This document shows positions 54,004-64,000 of a stretch of DNA of 64,000 nucleotides, piece by piece. The notes below the pieces were generated by a model. It searched no databases, had not been told where the DNA came from, and saw only the letters and a list, made by a program, of their open reading frames with translations. Made by a program: the position numbers and the translations under genes. Position 1 is the stretch's first letter, and every line of letters starts with the position of its first letter. Origin of the DNA: Chrysomallon squamiferum (taxonomy: Eukaryota > Animalia > Mollusca); contig CM022674.1 in NCBI GenBank assembly GCA_012295275.1, positions 248,001-312,000 of the forward strand, given 5' to 3'.

Positions 54004-56318
54004 CCTTAATTTTCAGTGTTTGAAAAATTAATGGCAGTTGTGTTAAAGATTCTTTCTCACTAAGCAACTCTTAGAAACAATCGGAAACTTCATATAGTAA
54101 ACGGCGAAAAGCGGGAAAAAAAATGTATAAAAAATATGAAATGAGAAACAAAAACGAAACATAAACTCATTTTAACGTATTAACACAATCATTACAATCA
54201 TCACTGCAAATCGGCCAGTGTGATTGCACCTTTAAACTTCTTAACGTGGACACGACTGTAGCGAACCGTTCCTGGAACATTACGCCACCAAGTGAGATGA
54301 TGCTGGATTCCACATCAACGACGTCATCGGCGCTGTTGGTTCAGATGCGGTGGTCTCTCCCACTTCTTCTGGTTTTATTTATAGCTTGAAACCAGTTTCA
54401 TTAATTGAAATAACGAGTTAATAAAGTTCACCTTACAGCGTAATCCTGGAATAATATTTAAAACTCAGAGCTCATTTAGCGAAGTCTCGAATTAGAAAAG
54501 AAAATAAAAAGAAGAAGAAGTCAATGACCTACGCTTTGAACTTACAGCGACTCGATTACACTATTTTTGTTTATAGGCGAAATCACTTGAAATGCGTTAA
54601 CAAATAAATAAATCGGTTTCTCATTCTGCTTTTAAATTTTTTTTTTTGTTTACAAACAAGAGATATTTGTTTTGTTATTTTATTTTAATATTTTTTTTTC
54701 AAGAATGTCTGTCTGCTTTCCATCTTTCTGTCTGTCTGTCTGTCTATCTGTCTGACTATTTGTCTGTCTTTTCTGTCCGCTGTCTGTCTGTCTGTCTATC
54801 TTTCTACGTATGTGTTTGTCTTATCTGTTTGTATATCTGCCTCTGTATTCATATACAGAGGCAGAAAGACAGACAGAGAGACATACAGACAGAGGCAGAT
54901 ATACAAACAGATAAGACAAACACATACGCATATATATATATATATATATATATCTGTCTGAGTGACCATCTGTTAGTTAGAAGCTTATTTTACACCCCCA
55001 CACCATATGTTTGAAATTCTAGTAACAGTAGCTTCTCCCTTCGTTAAGATATATTTTCAAAAAGTCTAACAAAGATGCTGAAATCGGATTCACAAAGGTG
55101 CTTGATAGAATGGAAAAAATTACACCTACTTACAGATATATATATATATATATATATATCATCTATGGACAGAAATAACTTCAAATATTATTTAAATATT
55201 AAAATAAAATAAATATTCACACTAACGTAATATTTAAGTATGATGATCACTTTATTTACAAATCATGCCCACACTTTCTGTAAAGGATTGGCTGGTTTCT
55301 TCTCTGTATTCTCCATTTCAAAGTGAACGTGTAACAGACACAACTTAACTTTATTTTCTTACTCTGGAATTCGCGACTGCAGTCAGCGTATTTGTTCCGT
55401 CACGCTTGAGTGGAGGAAAAATTTGATCTTGTTTCTAAAGTCACACTGACTTTGCATTCTCTGTGGGAAAGCGAATATTAAGTGTCATTAATAATTTCTT
55501 TATGACTGAAGTAGTTTTTATGTGTGTGTATGTATGTATGTAGTTAATGTAGGTGGTGAATGTGTCTTTGTGTGTGTTCCTATATACGTAAGTACGTTTG
55601 TGTTTCTTTATTTAAGCAGTTGCAGATGAATATTTGAATGTGATGTAAAATAATACAGGCATTCTAATAATGTTTGAGCGTGCGTGTCTGTCTGTATGTA
55701 TGTGTTTGTGTGTGTATAAATAGACATATAGATAGATAGATAGAAAAACAGATAGATGAAACATGGTTTGACAGATAGATAGATAGATACATAGATAGAT
55801 AGATAGACATCCTAACAGAGGTGGATAAAGAAACATGTGGACAGATAAATAATTTGTATACATTGATATATTCTCTGTGTTTTGTGCGTCTGGTTAGACT
55901 CTGCACTGAGACAATATTCGGGATGTCACAGCAGGACCTCGCAAACCTCGCAAACCCCGTCAGATGCCACTGACGAGACTCGAACTGTCACCCAGTCGTC
56001 TACCTCAACAAGTCGTTAACAAGCCGAGAGTAATCGTAATACGTACGTGTGCGTGTGCTGTGTTTATGTGCCTGTGTGTTTGTATATGTGTGTGTTTGTC
56101 TGCATGGGAGTTCTGTGTGTGTGGAAGAGATTTTCAAAAAATGCAATGGTTTGTTTTTCTCTGTATATTTTCAACTCTTGTATCAGGAACCGAGAGCTAT
56201 ATTTATCATTTCGGTTTTTATGTTCACAAGAACAGGGGTGAAGAATGCTGGGTCAAAACAGTAAAACTAAAACAGATGTCGGGTTTTCCTGATAAAATAT
56301 TTACATACGACACACATT

Positions 56319-56880
56319 TTAAAGTGCTCAAGGAGCAAAACTACAGTATAATTTTTGTTAACGATTTTTCTTGCACACACACACCACACACAAGCACACA
56401 TATCATATCTATCTATCTATCTATCTATAACTGATATTAGTATTTGGTTTTCTTTTAAAATTTGATTTCTATTCCTCGACATCGGGATTTATTGCCTAGC
56501 TTTGATTATATTCTGTAATCTTCGGCAATCTTCGTCAGACAAACCGAAACAAACAACTGTAACAAGAAACCGAACAAAAAAGTAAAACTAGAACATTGTA
56601 TAACTTGGTAGTCTCTGTGAACGTATCTCCACCACCTCAAAACTTTTCGTCGATTTTCGTCCAGCTTCGGTGACCATCGACAACGCGAGACAAAGACACA
56701 ATTATCATCACTTCGGCACCTAACGCCAGTCTTTGTACAACCTCGGTACTTTAGGTTGAACAAAAAACTTGAACATAACCCGACACTTTACCAAGGATTA
56801 CGTTTCTTCTTTACCTCGGTACTTAACGCCGATCTTCGTGCAACTTCGGTAACCCGCGCCAGTAACATCTGAAACACATT
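56319..56880 (+). mobile_element. Relic of a repeated element starting TTAA|AGTGCTCAAGGAGC (Kolobok-like end), copy 1
   Basis: The 18-mer at 56319-56336 is identical to 57684-57701, and similarity continues through TAACGA.TTTTCT, TCGACAT and ATCTTCGGC.ATCTTCG. Internal C(T/C)TCGG motifs recur. The superfamily call rests only on the TTAA|AG start. Confidence 0.4.
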
Positions 56881-57683
56881 CTGACAAACGTAGCCGCGCG
56901 ATGTAATTAAACACGCTTTTGTTGACACAGAACACACAGAGACACGTTGTGCGATACACATCAGGCATAAATCCGCGGGTTTTAAGGGCAGGAACTAAAT
57001 TTATTCGTTGTGTGTGGGTGTCGGCAGAGGCTTGATCCGATGACTCATGGGAGACACAGATAAATGAAAACGTGTGCACACTGAAAACAGTGTAGTCTGC
57101 AGTTATCTGAGAAGCTAATTTTAATCTTTCTTCGTTTTTCTTTTTAAATTTACGTTCTTGTCATTTTATTCTATATATATATATATATATTTTTAAATTA
57201 AATTTCATTTAAAAAATAACCCTTCGTTGTGTTTTTATTCTGTATATCTTACAGTGTGTTTATTTCTATCTGTGTCTGTCTATGTGTCAGTTTGTCTGTC
57301 TGTCCATCTATCAACATTATTATTTTTTATATTGTGCTGTCTTTTTTTTGTTTGTTCATGAATTCCTTATTTAATTAGTCTGTCTGTGAGTTTCACCATT
57401 TTCTTTCTTTCTTTGCAACTCTTTCTAAATCATCCTTCTTTCATTTTTGACTTCATGTTACTATAATATATTTAAAATTTCATCGCTTCCCTTTTTCTCT
57501 GTCATTAAAAACATACTCTTTTCTCAGTTAAAATTCTTTCGTTTTTAACTTTCAACTTTTTCATTTCTCTCTATTTCTTTCTTGTTCCAAACGTCTCCTT
57601 TCGTTTTTAGCACAGAATTCTTAGACAAACATTCTGAAGAGCAAATCACACAGATTCAACGTAAACCTCCCATTAGTCTCATA

Positions 57684-57950
57684 TTAAAGTGCTCAAGGAG
57701 CCAAATTACAATATGACAGGTTGCTAACGAATTTTCTTAAATACATGTACTACAATACTTAGATCGGTTAAACAACATGCTATAAAGATGATTACTGCAA
57801 ATCCTGTAGTATGAGAACATCTTTATTAAGCAGCCTGTTATATAGATAATATCTGAGATGTCAGAAATTATATTTTATTATTTTCATTTAATTTTATGCT
57901 TCGACATTAGTTCGGCTTTATATCCTATCTTCGGCTATCTTCGACACCAA
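57684..57950 (+). mobile_element. Relic of the same repeated element, copy 2
   Basis: Same ordered blocks as the copy at 56319. No right-hand TIR was found. Confidence 0.4.
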
Positions 57951-58194
57951 GATTTTCAAATAAAGAGAAATGAACACGTATAAGAAGAAAACAAAGAAAG
58001 ATAGAAAAACAGAATATTCTATTGATACACTATAAGAAAAGCTTTCGACAGCTGTTTACACACTTCACGTAGACGATTCAAGAAGTAAATAGCTTCAACT
58101 GTAACGCTGACAGAAAGAAAGCGTCGTTACGTTTTCCTGTATCAAAACGTTTAATCGAGATTAACTTAATTTTAGTTTTTTGTTTATATTACAG

Positions 58195-58301
58195 GACACA
58201 CTACTACACGACGTATCGGGAACGTTATCAGCCGCGATACACGACCAAGTTTCGCTGCTGTCACGGGTGGGAACAGCTCGGCACCCAAGGCTGCATGTAC
58301 A
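58195..58301 (+). CDS. MEGF6: MEGF6-like protein, coding exon 3 (C-terminal part of EMI domain)
   Basis: Acceptor TTTTTTGTTTATATTACAG| and donor A|GTGAGT bound 107 nt, phase 2-1. Reads (R)THYYTTYRERYQPRYTTKFRCCHGWEQLGTQGCMY, containing the EMI signature Y..Y....RCCxGW...GC. The phase-1 exit suits a following EGF exon, which was not found before 64000. Confidence 0.93.
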
Positions 58302-58667
58302 GTGAGTATAGAGTTATCTGTTCTTTAATACTGGAGTTATCTACCTTTATTAATTGAGTTATCTACTCTTTAAGATTTAGTTTACTTCCTTTTGTAATAC
58401 ATTTTTAATTATGAAGTTCTTTTATCCTTAATAATGGAGTGTTGCACTATATTTTTAGTTATCGTTCGTTTTAAGATTCCTATTTCTAATACTGAATGTA
58501 TAATCTTCTTAATACTGGAAGTGTTTCCCTTTTAACATAAGAATTGTTTAGTCTTATAAAAGTGAAATCATGGCTAGCCGTACCACCAAATTTACTAATA
58601 ATATAAAAATGATCTATTCTTAAAAAGAATACCTTACAACCTATTTATTCGCGCGCGCATGTTTGTT

Positions 58668-58705
<38 letters not shown>

Positions 58706-59478
58706 TGTGCTAACTTTAGAATATTTTAAAGTCTCATCATACGGGCTATCACTTAATTCATATAACTAAATACTTACTCATGTATTCATCCGTTCATTCA
58801 TTTATTCTTTCATCTGTTTATTTATTCATTCTTCATTTGTTCGTTCAATCATTCATTTATTCGTTCACCCCATCATTAACTCTTTATCCATCCATCCATT
58901 CATTCATCCATTCATTCATTCATTCATGTATCCTTCAATTTATTCTTCCTTTCTCCAGACGAACCTCGTCTGTGTCCTTTCTGTACGTAACAGATATGAC
59001 GTCATCGTTACGGTATCGGAGTTTATGTAACTTGCGCTTCATTGATCACATACTACTTACACACTTAAACAAGCCTGTCTTCCCACCTACGTCTTCCTTT
59101 ATCAGTTGTCTGAGTTTATTTGTTTTATTTTCGCATTATTTCATGTTCCCTGGCCTTTTCACACGAAGAGAAAAAAGGCTTCAGACACATTATATTCACA
59201 TATATTGGCAGGAATAGGACGAAAATGAATGCGCCATATGTTATCATCTTGTAGTAAATTACAGAATGTCAGTTATGATCGTTATGTCGTAATTTTTTTG
59301 TTCTATTTATTAATGCAGATATCCTCAAATACAAAAAGTACTAAGATACATACATAAAAATAGACATACATGCATACATACATAAATCCGTCCATTCATA
59401 CGTACGTACTTATATACATACAGACATCCATTCATACCTATATATATATATATATATACAACACACTAATAATATAAA

Positions 59479-59516
<38 letters not shown>

Positions 59517-59564
59517 TATAGAAAACCAGGAGAGAGCGATAGATAGATAGAGAGAGAGAGAGAC

Positions 59565-59675
<111 letters not shown>

Positions 59676-60386
59676 CATAATAGTAAAGAGAATAACAAAT
59701 ACATCAAGTGAAGTAAACCACACTGAGTACGAGTGCTGTAAACTATCGAGTCACAAGACGTGAAGTCTGAAGTCATCGTGTTTACTCACAGGTGCGGAAA
59801 GACGAGTGAACAAGGCTGTGAGATATATGAACACACACGACCGTAATAAATAAACTGACACAAACTGGCGACCAAGCAAAACGTATCTGTCATCTTCAGC
59901 ACTGGCTAAGACTAAAACATAAGTCCTGTCACACAGGGATAAGCTAGGGAACTTTTCTAATGTCGTAAAACGACAGTAAGCATTTTGCTGCAATAAACAG
60001 TTGTTATTTAGCATTCCTGCCATCATTATGTCTTTCTTTCAAACGTGTCAGACGCACAACACAATAATTAGTGTACTTCCGCTCACGATATATAGTTCCG
60101 ATCGAAAATATGACAGTTGTGTTGTTTTTGTTGTTCTCTGTGATTGATTGATAGGGTGTATTTTTGGCTTGTGCACACCTGATGTGATTATTTAGTGTCG
60201 AGTGTTGGTGTGGATGGTTTTACTATGTCATTTAGAACAATTCACTTAGTTTTAGTGATTAAGTTACACGAAATGTCGGTGCTTTTACAGTCGAGATGTA
60301 AAATACAAATATAGTGATTGTTTACAAATTGTTCATATGTGTCTAGTTTCGGGCTTAATTTCCTGTAGGATTTATTATTTCTTTTC

Positions 60387-60421
<35 letters not shown>

Positions 60422-61889
60422 ACATATATTTATATACATATATATTTAATTATTTTCATATTAAATGTCATAGCCTTTATTTTAGTCATCATCGTTATGA
60501 TTATCATCATTATCTTCAGTTTTATAAATACTTTCGTAATCATCATCTCGTTACATGTTCGATATCATCATCACAATCATCTTTCACTGTTTTCAAAATT
60601 CTCAGCATTTCAATCACAATGACAATCATCCATTATAAAGTCATCTTCTTAATAATAACGTTCTATGTCTTCACTTCATCATCATCATCGTCTTCTTGTC
60701 AGAGTTTTCTTCCAGTATATTGTCATTATCATAATCATAATCTTCCTCTTCTTCTTGAATTCACTTGATTTTCAAATCTCCACTATGCACGGCTGAGATA
60801 AGGGCACCGAAGTCGAGAAGGAATATTTTGAAAACAAAATTTTTACTTCACCTAAATCTTTCATCTCTGGCTAATTGCCGGTCTCGGAATCCCAGTGTTT
60901 CTCCTTTGGCTTCTGTCCAGAACTTAGTAGTGAGTCGAGGCGCTGTGTGTTTGTTCACTAAACTACCATACATGCTTAACCCAGTAACACTGAACCCTTT
61001 GTTGCCAGCAGGAAACAACAGCAACGGCATTTCTGTATATACTAGTATGTTGGAGTCATGAAATCTTTCACATGCAGTATCCAATTAAGGAAATCTAGTT
61101 TTACTGGTGCCCTTAAATGAATATTCATTCGTTATGCTAGAAGAGCCTTTGACAGAATATTAATTAATTAATTTAGTATTCAGTTTAGAAATATCTGGGA
61201 AGCCTTCGTCGGGCAGTTCCTGATTACATGAAGTGTTCTGCAGCAACTTCGTTTAACTAATCTTTTGATAGATGACGTAGAAAATGAAGTCGACATTTTT
61301 GTGATGTCACTGAACGTTTTATTTGGCATCCAGTTGTTGATAGCAGCAGTGGGTACATGCAAACTTATTTAATCTTACAAAAAAAAAAAAAAAAAAATGA
61401 ATGTTTGGTGCACATCAACTGATGGTGGAAAATTAATCAGTGTGCTTTAAAGTAATGTTAAATAAAAATAGTTGTAATGTTATTAAAACCATACTTGAGA
61501 AAACACAATTTTTTTTTTTTAGTTATATAAGAATCAAAAGAACTTTGTTACGAATTTAAAAAAATAAAAAAAAAAAATAAAGTTTCTATGTTACAAAAAT
61601 TGTGAAAATCTTATACCCACATCAGAATAAACATTATGCGTAACATAAATACACATTGTAAGGAATCAGTAACTTGATATAACATGAAATAAAAAGATTC
61701 TCTTGTCGCAAAGCAAATATACGACAGGTCTATAAAATAAGCACTCTATTTACAAAGCAAGCGAGAATGTGTACGAAGGTCGCCGTGTGTCAAAGATAGC
61801 AATCAGAGGCGACTTTAGGAGTCACAAAGGCAAAAAAAAAAAAAAAAAAAAAAACGTGCGATATTTTGTTACAGGGAACAATTTAAACA

Positions 61890-62330
61890 TTAGCACCGCT
61901 TTTGTGCCCGTCGCACCAAGACATTGTAGCACGTGCTCCGTCAAACATCCCGGACAAAAACGTCTGATAAACCGGTGCATTGTTGATACATCAAAGCAGC
62001 CGCCAGTGTCGTCTGCCGTCGACCGACTGTCACGTGACAGCATCAAACAAAGCGGAACGATGCTGCAGACGATGCTGCTCGGTGTCTGCTGGTGGTTTGT
62101 CGACATGCAGACAAAACTTCTTTGTAAACAGAAAACATGTAAACCGAGCACAACTTGCACGGCGACAAAGAAGCGACGAGAAGGTGGATGAAGCAATTAA
62201 CAACGGTGACAGGAGAACATGCCCGGTGTGGCTGATTTATGTGCACCTCGAAGACTTGGCAAACGTCTTATCACTGGTTAGTGAGAACAACCGCACTGAA
62301 AGGTGATCACTTCGAGACGTAAACAGTGAG
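61890..62330. promoter_or_regulatory. GC/CpG-rich non-coding island in intron 3, candidate enhancer
   Basis: Unique, CpG-retaining block with ACATCAAAG (TCF/LEF-type, 61988), GTCACGTGAC (~62029), a second CACGTG, TGTAAACA and AACAAAG motifs. No recognisable protein in any listed frame. Confidence 0.35.
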
Positions 62331-64000
62331 GAGGGCGTTAGGGCGACCTTTCATGATAACTGTGTTCTTCGTTTTCTCTTTCTTCTTCTTCTTCTTCTTC
62401 TGCTTTTTCGTCTTGTTCTTCTTCTTCTTTATCATCATCATCATCAGCAGCAGCATCTACCTTACTTTTCTTTTCTTCACATCATCATCTTTTTTCTTTT
62501 TTCTTCTTATTTCTTCTTTTTCTTTTCCCTTTTTCCTCTTCTTCTTCTTTCTTTGTATCATTCGCCTTCTTCTTTCCCTTCATTATTTCTTCTTCTTCTT
62601 CTTCTTCTTCTTCTTCCTCTAAACGGAAAGGAATCTTGATTGAAATATATTTAATTTTCTGGCTATTTCACTTGGCTATCTTTAGAAGGATAACCTCCCA
62701 AAGTTCCTACAGAAGCCTCGAATCTCTTTCTATTTCATTGTCTCTGTCAACTGAATTCAAGAAAGAAACGTCACCAAGAAGCATTCTTCTCTTCCTTCTA
62801 AGAATCGTAACCTTTCAGCCTGACCAGATTTTAACAAACCAACCTAGACGATGTCAACTTTGATATTTTCTTTCAAGATATTTAAAATACTCAGACAAAA
62901 CTAAAACCTCAGAAACTTCTACGCTATTCAGAAAGACACACAGTGCTTTGGAGTTAGTATTTCGTCTCTTTAAACAAATATTCGGGCGCTTACTGCTGAC
63001 GAATACTTTGAAATAATATGAAGAATGTTTTGCGAAACAGTCTCCAGCATCGTCTTAGCTTGCAGAAAATGCAGATATGATGGTAAAATATTTGACAGAA
63101 TGAATTGCAAATCAGGAATCCACTGAATGCGATTAAGCGACGCATCTATTTTTGACTTATTTGTGTTGGCAATACACACACTGACGTAAAGCACAGTCAG
63201 ATGTGTCCGGTTGTGTATTTAAGAAGAATTTTTATATATATTTTTTTAAATCGACCGATAAAAAAAAAAAAAAAATAAATAAAAAATAAATAAAAAAATT
63301 AAAAAAATAAATAAATGAATAAGCTGGTTTCCGTGAAGTGGAAAACGGCAGAATTACTAAAACTTTTATGCTGAACAAACAAAAACTGATGACAGAAAAA
63401 AGTATCAATATTCCGTGGTTATATTGATAAATAAACTCTGAGTGTCCATATGTTTGAAGCCTTCTTTCTTTTCTTTCTTTTTCTTTTTTTTTCATCGAAT
63501 TTTCTGGATATGTTCGTGAACTTTAGCATCAAACTAGATTTTGCGAAGTTTTATTATTATTAACTTGATTTTCCAAGAATATTTTTGAAATGTTTTTATG
63601 TGCTACTACTACTACTATTACTACTACTACTAATCATAATAATAGCAGCATTCATGATCATGATCATTATAATCATTACAAAACTGAACATCATCATCAC
63701 TGTCATCGTGAACTTCATCATAATCATCAACACAATCATCCTAACAACATTAACCCCCAAAATAACCCATAAAGCTGCAGCAAGAACAACAACAAAAACA
63801 AAATGTTTTTAAAAAAAAAAAAAAAAAACACAGAAAAAAAAAAAAAAAAACAATAAAGTTAAAGAAAGATAAAAAAGAGAGAAAACGGTGGTCATGGTTA
63901 AAATAAGCTACAAGTTAGGCACGTTTCTTACACGTTAGAAACGTTAGAATGATGATAACCGTTTCAAGCAGACAGGTGATCGCGTTCGATCGAGATCTAC

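Overview
AT-rich, microsatellite-dense animal genomic DNA. The repeat landscape and LINE/SINE relics suggest a mollusc, probably a gastropod; this is an inference, not an identification. Three coding loci are supported. (1) A complete, intronless clan-2 cytochrome P450 (4283-5767, minus strand) with a compact TATA/Inr promoter. (2) An inverted 5' fragment of a paralogous P450 (10621-10815, plus strand) whose identity to the intact gene jumps from about 65% to about 98% at one point, as expected from gene conversion. (3) The first three coding exons (24589-24695, 42434-42571, 58195-58301, plus strand) of a MEGF6-like secreted protein with a signal peptide and EMI domain. The ORF track misses these exons, and the gene continues past the window end. 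Non-coding content includes a ~6 kb 69/77-bp satellite in intron 2 of that gene, a Tigger/pogo-type MITE carrying a CpG-rich 42-bp hairpin repeat, a decayed RNase H-bearing LINE 3' end, a tRNA-like SINE head, several minisatellites and candidate enhancers. Almost all other ORFs in the track are translations of simple repeats. I found no well-supported new multi-gene system. The best leads are the P450 conversion tract and intronless origin, the hidden EMI gene, and the structure of the intronic satellite.
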